Of a DNA stretch of 32,000 nt, positions 1 through 14,498 are shown one piece after another (the stretch's first letter is position 1; each line of letters opens with the position of its first letter). The notes beneath the pieces were generated by a model, which was not told where the DNA came from, searched no databases, and saw nothing but the letters and a program-made list of their open reading frames with translations. Both the position numbers and the translations under genes were made by a program. The stretch is from Okeania sp. (GTDB taxonomy: Bacteria; Cyanobacteriota; Cyanobacteriia; Cyanobacteriales; Microcoleaceae), in assembly GCF_035285525.1 (NCBI RefSeq), contig NZ_JAYKGW010000141.1, positions 30,001 to 62,000 on the forward strand, given 5' to 3'.

Positions 1-60
1 GTCCGGATAATCAGTTATAAAAAAAGTTTTTGTTTGTGTAGAACTTCATTAACTAGCTGC

Positions 61-123
61 TGTAGAGGCTTGGTCTCCAAACCAAAGCATATAAGGGGTT
101 TGGAGACCAAACCCCTACTACAG
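61..123. repeat. Inverted pair of the dispersed GGTTTGGAGACCAAACC palindromic element
   Basis: The sequence reads TGTAGAGGCTTGGTCTCCAAACC ... GGGGTTTGGAGACCAAACCCCTACTACA. Related copies lie at 17514-17536, at 23744-23765, and inside the rpoC2 CDS at 772-817. Confidence 0.8.
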
Positions 124-135
124 ACTTTGATTATT

Positions 136-225
136 AGGACTTACACATAGACGCTATCTGTAGGTTGCGTTACGAGATACGCTAACGCACCAAGACTCTA
201 TATATAGTGCCTCCCGTGTAAGTCC
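136..225. mobile_element. MITE-like element with terminal inverted repeats AGGACTTAC(A/G)C
   Basis: The 90-bp unit begins AGGACTTACAC and ends GTGTAAGTCCT. It has an internal TATATATAG box and a GCGTTA..TAACGC hairpin. Homologous copies lie at 16276-16364 (full length) and 19846-19910 (truncated). No transposase is present. Confidence 0.7.
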
Positions 226-319
226 TGATTATAACTATTCAACCGGACATGATATTAGGAGACAGGAGGAGTAGTGCGAGCATCTTGCTCACACGAGTTA
301 GATGTTCACGCGATTATGC

Positions 320-372
320 TCCCCCACTCCCCCACTCCCCCACTCCTCAACTCCTCCACTCCTCCACTCCCC
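320..372. repeat. STRR-type heptamer tandem array (CCCCACT / CTCCTCC variants)
   Basis: The array reads CCCCCACTCCCCCACTCCCCCACTCCTCAACTCCTCCACTCCTCCACTCCCC. It lies just downstream of the rpoC2 stop. Confidence 0.9.
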
Positions 373-463
373 AGCTAATTTTATAGATCCGGTTAGAGGT
401 TCTATACTCCAGAGGTTTGAGTAACAGAAGCCAGAACTTACCGATCATATTTAATTTCCATTC

Positions 464-4780
<4,317 letters not shown>

Positions 4781-4836
4781 AATTAAAATAATGAATAATG
4801 AACAATGAATAATTAATAACGAAAATACAATGGGGT

Positions 4837-4895
4837 AGGGGCGGGTTTTTGCTAGAACTTTAACACCTACTCTAGGATTTATACAAACCCGCCCC
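4837..4895. repeat. Hairpin element AGGGGCGGGTTT..AAACCCGCCCCT (copy 1 of 3)
   Basis: An 11-12 bp GC-rich inverted repeat flanks about 35 bp. Similar copies lie at 7162-7233 and 7357-7415. Confidence 0.85.
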
Positions 4896-4940
4896 TAAAT
4901 CAGTAGTAGGTTGGGTTGAGGGACGAAACCCAACCATATA

Positions 4941-5025
4941 ATCCCCTCTAACCCCCCTTCGGAAGGGGGGACTGCTGGCAACTCTTTCATTATCGGACCT
5001 AGAAACCCGGTTTCTTTTTGAAGGC
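4941..5025. repeat. Dispersed element of about 85 bp containing the CCCCCCTTCGGAAGGGGGG hairpin and the AGAAACCCGGTTTCT palindrome
   Basis: It aligns with 11028-11110 (GGAAGGGGGGACTGCT..TTTCATTAT..ACCCGGTTTCTTTTTG). Its left arm (AATCCCC..ACCCCCCTTCGGAAG) matches 10824-10848. Confidence 0.8.
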
Positions 5026-5040
5026 CAACCAATTGCTGCT

Positions 5041-5110
5041 CCCCGACTCCCCGACTCCCCGACTCCCTACTCCCTACTCCCTACTCCCTACTCCCTACTC
5101 CCTACTCCCT
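5041..5110. repeat. STRR array: 3 x CCCCGACT followed by about 7 x CCCTACT
   Basis: This is a perfect tandem array. Its right end overlaps the last two codons and the stop codon of rpoC1. Confidence 0.95.
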
Positions 5111-7126
5111 AATTGCTGATTGAATTGTTTGATTGAGAATTATCCGACCAGGAGTTGTCACCACAAACTGTGCAGTCATTACTCCATTATTCTCGCGAGT
5201 TTGACGAGATTTAATATAAACCTTATTAATATCTCCCTCCTGATTATAATGAACTCGATACAAATGATACATCTTTATCACCTCCCCATTGTTTTGAGTA
5301 TGTTCAAATTTCAACTCTCCCAAAGTATCAGGCAATATCTTACTATCCAACGGCATCCAATAAGTCTTAATCACCACCTCATCAGACATCTGCTGCATAT
5401 AAGGATGGGTTTCTTCTGCTTTATCAGTTTCAATTTGCACATCAACCCCTAATCGCAAATAAACATAAGTATGCAAATCGATCTGCCCTTGTTCATAAGC
5501 AATAACTACATCATCAAGGTTAGCAAAATAAAGTTCCTCCGCTCTTTGCACCTTATGGTTTTCTGCCGTCAGATAATAACAACCCAACACCATATCCTGA
5601 GAAGGAGTAATAATTGGACGACCAGTCGCTGGAGACAAAACATTATTCGATGCCAACATCAATAACCTCGCCTCCGCTTGCGACTCCAGAGACAACGGTA
5701 CATGAACCGCCATTTGGTCTCCATCAAAGTCAGCATTAAACGCTGGACAAACTAAAGGATGCAGTTGAATCGCTCGACCATTTACTAAAATAGGTTCAAA
5801 AGCTTGAATCCCCAATCTATGCAAAGTTGGAGCGCGGTTCAACATCACCGGATGCCCATCTATCACCTCCTCCAATACATCCCACACATTCGGGTCTCCC
5901 TTAAGAATCAGTTTTTTAGCCGCCTTAATATTATTCACCAACCCCTGACGAATCAAGCGATGAATCACAAAAGGTTGAAACAACTCAATCGCCATTTCCC
6001 GTGGTAAACCACATTGATTAATAGCCAACTTCGGTCCGACAACGATTACGGAACGCCCCGAATAATCAACCCGTTTACCCAACAAATTTTGTCGAAAACG
6101 ACCCTGTTTACCCTCAATGATATCGCTCAAAGATTTCAGAGGTCTATTATTTGCACCCACCACAGTGCGACCCCGACGACCATTATCAATCAAAGCATCA
6201 ACTGCTTCTTGCAACATTCGTTTTTCATTGCGGATAATAATCTCCGGTGCCAAAATTTCCTGCAACCGTGCCAAACGATTATTCCTATTAATCACTCGTC
6301 GGTAAAGGTCATTCAAATCGCTGGTGGCAAACCTACCCCCATCCAACTGTACCATTGGACGCAAATCAGGAGGAATAACAGGAACTGCATCTAAAACCAT
6401 CCATTCTGGTCTGGAACCCGTAGCAACAAAGTTATCAATCACCCGCAAACGCTTAATTAACTTGGCTCGTTTTTGCCCCTTAGAATTAGCAATTTCCTCC
6501 CTTAGCTTTTCTGCTTCTTCTTCTAGATTGAGATTTGATAATAAAACCTGTAAAGCTTCAGCACCAATACTAACCTCAACCCCTTCTATTTCTGAATCTT
6601 CGCTATAGATTTGGTCTTCAATTTCTAACCAAGCATCTTCAGCTAAAAGTTGTTTATAACTTAAACTTTCGTGATTTCCAGGTTCTAATACTACATAAGC
6701 ATTGAAGTAAACAATTTGTTCTACATCTCGCAATGGCATATCTAACAAAATTGCCATATAACTCGGAATACCCTTGAGATACCAAACATGAGTTACTGGT
6801 GCTGCCAATTTAATATGTCCCATGCGATGGCGACGCACCCGTGCCTCAGTTACTTCAACTCCACATCTTTCACAAACGATACCCCGATGTCGGACTCGTT
6901 TATATTTTCCACAATGACATTCCCAATCTTTCGCCGGACCAAAGATGCGTTCGCAAAACAACCCATCCATTTCTGGTTTTAGAGTCCGGTAGTTAATAGT
7001 TTCTGGTTTGGTTACTTCTCCCACGACAGTACCGTTGGGCAGGGTTCTTTCTCCCCACTTACGGATTCTTTCTGGGGAAGCTAACCCAATTTTTACATAA
7101 TCGAATCTTTGTTCTAATTTTGCCAC
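5102..7126 (-). CDS. rpoC1: DNA-directed RNA polymerase subunit gamma (the N-terminal beta-prime portion, RpoC1)
   Basis: The translation contains [27 protein letters not shown], the zinc-binding [23 protein letters not shown], and the catalytic [15 protein letters not shown] place the start at the GTG at 7126 ([10 protein letters not shown]). The longer track ORF, which runs to 7210, reads through a repeat element. Confidence 0.95.
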   Translation of the reverse strand: MAKLEQRFDYVKIGLASPERIRKWGERTLPNGTVVGEVTKPETINYRTLKPEMDGLFCERIFGPAKDWECHCGKYKRVRHRGIVCERCGVEVTEARVRRHRMGHIKLAAPVTHVWYLKGIPSYMAILLDMPLRDVEQIVYFNAYVVLEPGNHESLSYKQLLAEDAWLEIEDQIYSEDSEIEGVEVSIGAEALQVLLSNLNLEEEAEKLREEIANSKGQKRAKLIKRLRVIDNFVATGSRPEWMVLDAVPVIPPDLRPMVQLDGGRFATSDLNDLYRRVINRNNRLARLQEILAPEIIIRNEKRMLQEAVDALIDNGRRGRTVVGANNRPLKSLSDIIEGKQGRFRQNLLGKRVDYSGRSVIVVGPKLAINQCGLPREMAIELFQPFVIHRLIRQGLVNNIKAAKKLILKGDPNVWDVLEEVIDGHPVMLNRAPTLHRLGIQAFEPILVNGRAIQLHPLVCPAFNADFDGDQMAVHVPLSLESQAEARLLMLASNNVLSPATGRPIITPSQDMVLGCYYLTAENHKVQRAEELYFANLDDVVIAYEQGQIDLHTYVYLRLGVDVQIETDKAEETHPYMQQMSDEVVIKTYWMPLDSKILPDTLGELKFEHTQNNGEVIKMYHLYRVHYNQEGDINKVYIKSRQTRENNGVMTAQFVVTTPGRIILNQTIQSAIRE

Positions 7127-7161
7127 GATAATAATTGATAATGAATAATTGAGGTTCTGTA

Positions 7162-7233
7162 GGGGCGGGTTACGGTTCCCGAAAATCACAAGTGAGTTAA
7201 CGAGTTTCACATAAACTTAGCTAAACCCGCCCC
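7162..7233. repeat. Hairpin element GGGGCGGGTT..AAACCCGCCCC (copy 2)
   Basis: It has the same terminal inverted repeat as 4837-4895. It lies immediately upstream of the rpoC1 start. Confidence 0.85.
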
Positions 7234-7235
7234 CC

Positions 7236-7340
7236 CCGGGTTTCTCTGTCTCTGGTGTAGAAAGGAATCCCAGAAACCCGGTTTCTCTATTTCTGGTGTA
7301 GAAAGGAATCCCAGAAACCCGGTTTCTCTATTTTCTCCCC
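7236..7340. repeat. Tandem direct repeat with a 41-42 bp unit, about 2.5 copies
   Basis: CCCGG(G)TTTCTCT(G/A)T(C/T)TCTGGTGTAGAAAGGAATCCCAGAAA is repeated. Each junction recreates the palindrome AGAAACCCGGTTTCT. Confidence 0.9.
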
Positions 7341-7356
7341 TAATGTTCTAGAAAAG

Positions 7357-7415
7357 AGGGCGGGTTTAGGTAAATCTCAGATGAACCAGGGAAATCTTTG
7401 GTTAAACCCGCCCCT
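7357..7415. repeat. Hairpin element GGGCGGGTTT..AAACCCGCCCCT (copy 3)
   Basis: It has the same terminal inverted repeat as the other two copies. It lies just downstream of the rpoB stop. Confidence 0.85.
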
Positions 7416-7436
7416 ACTAATGCGTGTATCCGTCAC

Positions 7437-10400
7437 CTAATCTGTGTCTGCTCCTTCACTCGACAATGATTCATATACAGGACGAGAAGGCGATCGCTTG
7501 CCCGGAATATCCGCCATTAAATCAACTTCCACATCCTGAGTCGTACCATCATCCATAGTCTCCACCTTATGAGCTGCAATATCTAAACATAGAGACTGTA
7601 ACTCTCGCATCAACACTTTAAAAGACTCAGGAGTACCAGGACGTGGAATTGCCTTCCCTTTCACAATGGCATTCAACGCCTCATTCCGACCTTGCATATC
7701 ATCAGATTTCACAGTCAACAACTCTTGCAAAGTATAAGCAGCTCCAAAAGCTTCTAATGCCCATACTTCCATTTCTCCAAAGCGCTGACCACCTTGTTGT
7801 GCCTTACCACCCAAAGGTTGCTGTGTCACGAGAGAATATGGTCCGGTAGAACGAGCATGAATCTTATCATCAACTAAGTGAACCAGTTTCAACATATAAG
7901 CAATCCCCACAGTCACGGGGCGGTCAAACCTTTCCCCAGTCCGCCCATCATACACCCAAATTTTCCCGGCATTGTTCTCATCAAATGCCCAATCTTTACC
8001 AGAAGTATCCCTACCTATTTTCAACATTCCATGCACCGTCTCCCTTGATTTCTCCACACCGTGCATCTCATCAAAAGGCACACACTTAAACCTTGCACCC
8101 AAAAGTTCACCGGCCCATCCCAACAAACACTCAAAAATTTGTCCTACATTCATCCGGGAAGGTACACCTAATGGATTTAATATAATATCCAGAGGAGTAC
8201 CATCAGGCAAATAGGGCATATCTTCAATGGGTAAAATTCTGGAAATAATTCCTTTATTTCCATGTCGCCCCGCGACCTTATCTCCTACTTGAATCTTCCG
8301 TTTTTGAGCCACATAAACCCTAACCACCATATTTGCTCCTGGTGGCAACTCATCTCCCTTTTCTCTGGTAAAGACTCGGACATCAACAATACGACCTTTC
8401 TCTCCATTGGGAACCCGTAAAGAATTATCCCGTACATCCCGTGCTTTCTCACCAAAAATTGCCCTTAACAATTTTTCCTCTGGAGGTTGGTCAGATTCTC
8501 CTTTGGGTGTTACCTTACCGACGAGAATATCCCCAGATTGAACCCAGGCACCAACTCTGATAATACCCTGTTCATCTAAGTTCCGCAGACCGTCTTCCCC
8601 CACATTGGGAATTTCTCTAGTAATTTCTTCTGGTCCTAATTTTGTCTGTCGAGCTTCAATTTCAAACTTTTCAATATGAATAGAAGTATAAACATCATCA
8701 TACACCAAGCGTTCGCTAATCAGAACCGCATCCTCATAATTATAACCCTCCCAAGGCATATAAGCCACCAAAACATTCTGCCCCAAAGCCAACTCAGCAC
8801 CCTCAGTGGAAGAACCATCAGCTAATACCTGACCAGCTACCACTTGGTCTCCCTCATATACCAGAGGTCTTTGATTTAAACAAGTATCTTGGTTAGACCG
8901 TTGATATTTACACAAAGGATAATCTGTTTCATTACCTTCTTTATCAATCACAGATATTTTGGTCGAATCTACATAACTCACTTCTCCATCAGTCCGAGTT
9001 ACAACCACCATCCCAGAGTCCCGGGCAGTTTGAGCCTCCAAACCAGTCCCTACCAAAGGTCTATCTGGTTTTAACAATGGTACTGCTTGTCGTTGCATAT
9101 TAGAACCCATCAACGCCCGGTTAGCATCATCGTGTTCCAAAAATGGAATTAATGATGTGGCCACCGAAACCACCTGCACTGGGGAAACTGCCACATAATC
9201 CACTTGTTGAGGAGTAGTAGTAGTAAAATCTTGTCGGTAACGTACTGGTACACTATCCCCCAATATGTTCCCTTCCGCATCAGTCATAATATCCCCTGGT
9301 GCTACCCGCAAATCATCCTCCGCATCTGCCGTCATATATATTGGCTTGCGATCGCGCATCACCCGGCCATTTTCTACTGGATAATAAGGGGTTTCTATGA
9401 ATCCATAGCCGTTAACTTTAGCATGGTTGGCCAGAGAACCAATCAAACCAGCATTTGGACCTTCTGGTGTTTCAATGGGACAAATTCGGCCATAGTGAGA
9501 AGGATGGATATCTCGGACCGCAAATCCAGCTCTTTCTCTGGTCAAACCTCCTGGTCCCAACGCCGATATCCGTCTTTTGTGGGTCAATTCTGCCAATGGA
9601 TTTGTTTGGTCCATAAATTGGGACAATTGAGATGAACCAAAAAATTCTTTGATAGCTGCAACTAATGGTTTCGGATTCACGAGAGATGTTGGAGTTAATG
9701 TATCGGCCTCAGATACTGTCATCCGCTCTCGAATAATTCGTTCTAAACGGTTTAAACCTACTCTAATTTGGTTTTGTAGTAATTCTCCTACACTTCTGAC
9801 TCGTCGGTTTCCTAAATGGTCAATATCATCTGTCTGACCAATGTCATACTCTAAATTAATTAAATAGTCAATGGAAGCTAATATATCTTCTTTAGTTAAT
9901 ACTCGCATTGTACTTGGCAAGTTTAACCGTAATTTATTATTGAGTTTATATCGTCCTACCCGCCCCAGGTCATATCTTTTTTGGTCAAAGAATCTACTTT
10001 GCAGTAATTGTTCTCCTCCAGCTACAGTAGGTGGTTCTCCTGGACGTAATTTCCGATATAATTCTAATAGAGCTTCTTCTTCTCCAAATTGTCCTTCTTT
10101 TTCTATAGTTTTTTGGAAATAATCGGGATGTCTCAAGGAGTCAAATATTTCATTATCTCCTAATCCCATCGCTTTGAGCAATACTTGAGCAGAAAGTTTG
10201 CGAGTTTTATCTATTCTGACCCAAACTAGGTCATTTTTATCTGTCTCAAATTTTAACCATGCACCTCGGTTAGGAATTAAACTAGCATTATATGTACGTC
10301 GCCCACTTTTATCTATCTCAGATTTATAATAAACTCCAGGAGACCGAACTATCTGATTTACAATTACCCTTTCAGCTCCATTGATAATAAATGTTCCCCT

Positions 10401-10748
10401 ATCAGTCATTAGGGGTAGGTCTCCAATGAATACTTCTTGTTCTTTTATTTCCCCAGTTTCTTTATTTATTAAACGGGTAGGAACGTACATTTGCACTGCA
10501 TAACTGCTGTCCCTACGTTTCGATTCTTCTACACTATATTTTGGTTGTTTTAGCTTATAGTTTTTAGCAATAAACTCAAGTTCTAACTTCCCTGTATAAT
10601 CTGAAATTGGAGAATAGCTTTCTAACTCTTCTATTAGTCCATATTCTAGGAACCATCGAAAGCTAGCCCTTTGAATTTCTATCAAATCTGGCATATTGAA
10701 AATTTGCAGATTACTTTGGGTATCAATGTGTATTTTTTTCTGAATCAT
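7437..10748 (-). CDS. rpoB: DNA-directed RNA polymerase subunit beta
   Basis: The ORF is 1103 aa. It contains [72 protein letters not shown] and [26 protein letters not shown]. The ATG start is at 10748. Confidence 0.98.
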   Translation of the reverse strand: MIQKKIHIDTQSNLQIFNMPDLIEIQRASFRWFLEYGLIEELESYSPISDYTGKLELEFIAKNYKLKQPKYSVEESKRRDSSYAVQMYVPTRLINKETGEIKEQEVFIGDLPLMTDRGTFIINGAERVIVNQIVRSPGVYYKSEIDKSGRRTYNASLIPNRGAWLKFETDKNDLVWVRIDKTRKLSAQVLLKAMGLGDNEIFDSLRHPDYFQKTIEKEGQFGEEEALLELYRKLRPGEPPTVAGGEQLLQSRFFDQKRYDLGRVGRYKLNNKLRLNLPSTMRVLTKEDILASIDYLINLEYDIGQTDDIDHLGNRRVRSVGELLQNQIRVGLNRLERIIRERMTVSEADTLTPTSLVNPKPLVAAIKEFFGSSQLSQFMDQTNPLAELTHKRRISALGPGGLTRERAGFAVRDIHPSHYGRICPIETPEGPNAGLIGSLANHAKVNGYGFIETPYYPVENGRVMRDRKPIYMTADAEDDLRVAPGDIMTDAEGNILGDSVPVRYRQDFTTTTPQQVDYVAVSPVQVVSVATSLIPFLEHDDANRALMGSNMQRQAVPLLKPDRPLVGTGLEAQTARDSGMVVVTRTDGEVSYVDSTKISVIDKEGNETDYPLCKYQRSNQDTCLNQRPLVYEGDQVVAGQVLADGSSTEGAELALGQNVLVAYMPWEGYNYEDAVLISERLVYDDVYTSIHIEKFEIEARQTKLGPEEITREIPNVGEDGLRNLDEQGIIRVGAWVQSGDILVGKVTPKGESDQPPEEKLLRAIFGEKARDVRDNSLRVPNGEKGRIVDVRVFTREKGDELPPGANMVVRVYVAQKRKIQVGDKVAGRHGNKGIISRILPIEDMPYLPDGTPLDIILNPLGVPSRMNVGQIFECLLGWAGELLGARFKCVPFDEMHGVEKSRETVHGMLKIGRDTSGKDWAFDENNAGKIWVYDGRTGERFDRPVTVGIAYMLKLVHLVDDKIHARSTGPYSLVTQQPLGGKAQQGGQRFGEMEVWALEAFGAAYTLQELLTVKSDDMQGRNEALNAIVKGKAIPRPGTPESFKVLMRELQSLCLDIAAHKVETMDDGTTQDVEVDLMADIPGKRSPSRPVYESLSSEGADTD

Positions 10749-10823
10749 TTATTGATAATATATAATGGATAATTAATAATTAATAATTAGGGAGCAGGTA
10801 AATGATGAAAATACCAGTGTAGA

Positions 10824-11110
10824 ATCCCCCCTTACCCCCCTTCGGAAGCTATGTTTGATCAACATCTTTACTTAACAACAATGACAACTTATGTGTAAGT
10901 CTGGGAGTTGCTTTTTCCGAAGAAAATTGTATTGAGAAATATATTTAGTGAGGACCGTCGCCGGATTTATCCTCCCCATCCTCCCCACCCTCCCAAAATG
11001 GTTTCACGAGTTCCTGATCAGGAATAGCTTCGGAAGGGGGGGACTGCTCGCGACTATTTCATTATTATCTGACCTACCCGGTTTCTTTTTGTTGCGAAAC
11101 CCAACAATAA
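10824..11110. repeat. Second copy of the CCCCCCTTCGGAAGGGGGG element, split by an insertion
   Basis: The left arm at 10824-10848 ends ..ACCCCCCTTCGGAAG. The right part at 11028-11110 starts CTTCGGAAGGGGGGACTGCT. The intact copy at 4941-5025 shows these halves are normally contiguous. Confidence 0.7.
10849..11027. mobile_element. 179-bp MITE-like insertion flanked by a 9-bp direct duplication
   Basis: The termini CTATGTTTGATCA and TGATCAGGAATAG form an imperfect inverted repeat (10 of 13). CTTCGGAAG is present on both sides, at 10840-10848 and 11028-11036. It has no coding capacity beyond a spurious 67-aa ORF. Confidence 0.55.
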
Positions 11111-11136
11111 TCTTTCTCCCCTTTTCCACACTCTAC

Positions 11137-11922
11137 CTACTCCCTAATTAAAAAACCAAAAAGTTGACTAGCATTTTTGCTAGTTTGTGCTGCTAGACTC
11201 TCATAACTCACACCTCTAAGCTCCGCCACTTTTTCGGCCACATATTTCACATAAGCAGGTTCGTTGCGTTTGCCCCGCTTTGGCACTGGTGCGAGAAATG
11301 GACAATCTGTTTCTACTAATAAGCGATCGCTAGGCACTATTTTAGCTGATTCTTGAACTTGTGTGGCATTTTTAAAGGTGACAATGCCACTAAAACTAAT
11401 ATAAAATCCTAAGTCCAAGAACATTTTAGTTTCTTCTGGAGTACCTCCCCAGCAGTGCATAACCCCTCTCACCGCTCCTTGATTTTCTTGAAAATCATAC
11501 AAAATCTCTGCCATTGAGAATGCAGCATCACGACAATGAATAATTAATGGTTTGTTAAGTTTTTGAGCTATGGTTAGCTGCTGTTCAAAAACAAATTTTT
11601 GTTTCTCTTGATTGTCTGCTTTGTAAAAGTCTAGTCCTGTTTCACCTATAGCTACTACTTTAGGATCGGATGTTGCAAGCTGTTGAATTTGATTAGCAGT
11701 GCTAGAAGTCCACTTATCAGCATCTAGGGGATGCAAACCAACTGCATAAAAAAGTTCTGGAAAGCGATCTGCTATGGCTTTTATCGAAGAAAACTCTTCT
11801 GGTTCAACACAGGAGTGAACTAAGTGAACTACTCCTGCTTGTTGCCAACGTTGCCGGATTTCTTCCAAGTCAGAATTGAATACGTCAAAGTTAATATGGA
11901 CGTGAGTATCAATTAGCGACAT
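11137..11922 (-). CDS. TatD-family metal-dependent hydrolase/DNase
   Basis: The ORF is 261 aa. It starts [12 protein letters not shown] and also contains [24 protein letters not shown] and [12 protein letters not shown], which are the typical TatD/YcfH motifs. Confidence 0.9.
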   Translation of the reverse strand: MSLIDTHVHINFDVFNSDLEEIRQRWQQAGVVHLVHSCVEPEEFSSIKAIADRFPELFYAVGLHPLDADKWTSSTANQIQQLATSDPKVVAIGETGLDFYKADNQEKQKFVFEQQLTIAQKLNKPLIIHCRDAAFSMAEILYDFQENQGAVRGVMHCWGGTPEETKMFLDLGFYISFSGIVTFKNATQVQESAKIVPSDRLLVETDCPFLAPVPKRGKRNEPAYVKYVAEKVAELRGVSYESLAAQTSKNASQLFGFLIRE

Positions 11923-11950
11923 TTGGCTTTCTTGATTAATTTAATTAATT

Positions 11951-11975
11951 AGGGAGTAGGGAGTAGGGAATAAGG
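11951..11975. repeat. Short STRR array (GGGAGTA units)
   Basis: The array reads AGGGAGTAGGGAGTAGGGAATAAGG. It lies just upstream of the tatD-like start on the coding strand. Confidence 0.85.
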
Positions 11976-12008
11976 AGGAACAGATGTGCTTTCACACACC
12001 CAATATTT

Positions 12009-12347
<339 letters not shown>

Positions 12348-12965
12348 TTACTTTATAATGAAATAACTGATTCAATTTAGACTTACTAATATTTCTAGCT
12401 TTGGTATAGCCCAAAAGTTCTTACTTTTGTCCAGGTCTCTGGTAATTAGATTGTGAAATCTTCAAGTCTAGGTTTTAGTTTTACCAGAGTACATAAATTT
12501 TTTTCTCTAAAGTTTCAAGGTGTCTCTAAAGAAAGTGAGCCAGTAAACTTACGTCAACTTTCTCACAAATATTTCAATTTACAAAACATCCAACCATCCT
12601 AGCATTTATTTTGTTATAATGCAATATGTTGTGGCAATTAAAAATCAAGTTACAGACTAGGTATAAATCTTTGGGTCTTTAACCTAGACGAAGATTTCCC
12701 GAAAGTAAAGATGTCAGTATTATTACTTCACGCTATAACAAAGAGTATCGGGTTATTTGAAAACTGAGAGAATTGTTTGACTTGTACTCCTAAATCATAG
12801 GAGGGTCATTATAAGAAAACTAGCGATGGACATGAATTTTATTTTTTATTTGTCATTGTTTAACATTATAATAATAGAAAGTCTTAATATTTATCCAATT
12901 CTTCTGGTTCTCAAACTATCCTCTAAAGCACGAACTCTATTTTTTAGTTGGGATTCCTAATCTCT

Positions 12966-14273
12966 ATGCTACGAATAATTACTCAGTGGGTTGAAGCACA
13001 AGCTGAATTGAAAAGGATCGCAGAGCGTACCCACAACGATCTGGCTGTTCATAAAGAAACAACGGTGCGAGAAATTTTGCACTCCGTTAAAGATAAAGGT
13101 GATGAAGCTGTGTTAAACTATACTTCTAAGTTTGACCATATCACCTTGACTTCAGAAGAGTTAAAAGTAAGTGCTTCTGAGTTAGATGTGGCTTATCAGC
13201 AAGTCAAGAAGGAGTTACTAAATTCAATTCGTTTAGCTGCTAAACAAATAGAAGTTTTTCATCGACAAAGAGTTCCTCAGTCATGGGTTCAATTTGGTGA
13301 TGATGAAGTAGTTTTGGGCAAACGCTACACTCCTGTTGATAGAGCTGGACTTTATGTCCCTGGTGGCCAGGCTGCTTATCCTAGTACGGTTCTGATGAAT
13401 GCTATTCCTGCTAAGGTGGCTAAAGTCCCGAAAATTGTAATGGTGACACCTCCTGGTCAAGGAGGAAAAATTAACCCGGCTGTACTTGTGGCTGCTCAAG
13501 AAGCAGGTATTCAAGAAATTTATCGGATCGGAGGCGCTCAGGCAATAGCTGCTCTAGCTTATGGTACTGAGACTATTCCTAAAGTAGATGTGATTACTGG
13601 GCCTGGTAATATTTATGTAACTTTGGCCAAGAAAAATGTTTATGGTACTGTAGGTATTGATTCTTTAGCTGGGCCATCAGAGGTTTTGATTATTGCAGAT
13701 TCTCAGGCTAATCCGGTTTATCTGGCTGCAGATATGTTGGCTCAAGCGGAACATGATTCTTTGGCTGCTGCTATTTTATTGACTACAGATGCAGCATTAG
13801 CACGTCAGGTGGTGGTGGAGGTGGAACGACAACTCCAGGATCATCCGCGTCGCACCTTGACAGAAAAGGCGATCGCCCATTATGGTTTGGTGGTGGTGGT
13901 TGAATCTCTGGAGGCTGCTGCTAAACTTTCTAATCAATTTGCTCCAGAACATTTGGAATTAGAAGTTTCAAATGCTTGGAAACTATTGGAAGATATTCGC
14001 CATGCTGGTGCTATTTTTCTTGGTTATTCAACTCCGGAGGCTGTGGGGGACTATTTGGCTGGACCAAATCACACTTTGCCAACTTCTGGTGCGGCTCGTT
14101 ATGCTTCGGCATTAGGGGTAGAAACTTTTATGAAACATTCGAGTTTGGTTCAATATTCTCCTACTGCTTTACAAAAGGTTGCTTCTGCTATTGACGTATT
14201 GGCTACTGCTGAGGGTTTACCTTCTCATGCTAACTCGGTTAGATTGAGGATGAAAACTCAGGACAACGAATAA
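12966..14273 (+). CDS. hisD: Histidinol dehydrogenase
   Basis: The translation contains MLRIITQW.., GKRYTPVDRAGLYVPGG, GPGNIYVTLAKK, DSLAGPSEVLIIAD, AQAEHD, APEHLEL and GDYLAGPNHTLPTSGAARY. I prefer the ATG at 12966 over the TTG at 12948 used by the ORF track. Confidence 0.95.
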   Translation: MLRIITQWVEAQAELKRIAERTHNDLAVHKETTVREILHSVKDKGDEAVLNYTSKFDHITLTSEELKVSASELDVAYQQVKKELLNSIRLAAKQIEVFHRQRVPQSWVQFGDDEVVLGKRYTPVDRAGLYVPGGQAAYPSTVLMNAIPAKVAKVPKIVMVTPPGQGGKINPAVLVAAQEAGIQEIYRIGGAQAIAALAYGTETIPKVDVITGPGNIYVTLAKKNVYGTVGIDSLAGPSEVLIIADSQANPVYLAADMLAQAEHDSLAAAILLTTDAALARQVVVEVERQLQDHPRRTLTEKAIAHYGLVVVVESLEAAAKLSNQFAPEHLELEVSNAWKLLEDIRHAGAIFLGYSTPEAVGDYLAGPNHTLPTSGAARYASALGVETFMKHSSLVQYSPTALQKVASAIDVLATAEGLPSHANSVRLRMKTQDNE

Positions 14274-14498
14274 CCAGAGTGGGTAAAACCAGAAAAAATT
14301 AGTCAGCCACATGATGGCCAAAGTTTGTAAATAATGTTATGTTACTCCCGTTAGAATCTTTAGGATCGCGGGAGAATATGTCATTTTAGTTATCAGTTAC
14401 TTATACCAACCTTGATAAATGTTTGTTACATACGGTAGAAGTGAAGAAACCTTTTCGATAATTACTAAGCAAGGTTAAATCAACAAAATTTGACAAAG

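Noticed and set aside
5120-6982. Seven plus-strand ORFs (5120-5452, 5471-5665, 5804-6007, 6014-6394, 6117-6305, 6324-6608, 6788-6982) inside rpoC1
   Set aside because: All are antisense shadows of the rpoC1 reading frame, with no start context and no recognisable motifs.
7127-7210. 5' extension of the rpoC1 ORF to the GTG at 7210 ([28 protein letters not shown])
   Set aside because: The extension is translated from an AT-rich heptamer tract and from the GGGGCGGGTT..AAACCCGCCCC repeat element at 7162-7233. The conserved RpoC1 N-terminus (..[17 protein letters not shown]) begins right after the in-frame GTG at 7126.
7643-10122. Plus-strand ORFs inside rpoB (7643-7849, 7972-8214, 8889-9074, 9204-9635, 9649-9837, 9871-10122)
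   Set aside because: These are antisense shadow ORFs of a canonical 1103-aa rpoB. The 143-aa one is rich in Ser, Ile and Trp and has no domain features.
10948-11151. 67-aa ORF on the plus strand upstream of rpoB
   Set aside because: It is composed entirely of repeat elements (the CCTCCCC heptamers, the CTTCGGAAGGGGGG hairpin and the ACCCGGTTTCT palindrome), and it overlaps the end of the tatD-like gene.
12826-12959. Possible 44-aa hydrophobic small ORF upstream of hisD (MDMNFIFYLSLFN...)
   Set aside because: The AGGAGG-like sequence is about 20 nt from the ATG, which is too far. The composition is simply that of AT-rich spacer, and the ORF runs up to the hisD start region. Without conservation data it is not supportable.
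12948-12965. TTG start for hisD with the extra N-terminal MGFLIS
   Set aside because: Cyanobacterial HisD proteins begin MLRIITQ.., which corresponds to the ATG at 12966. The TTG extension adds non-conserved residues.
13281-14194. ORFs 13281-13514(-) and 13976-14194(+) within hisD
   Set aside because: They are antisense or out-of-frame shadows of hisD. The second is Gly/Cys/Trp/Phe-rich, as expected from frame-shifted GC-rich codons.
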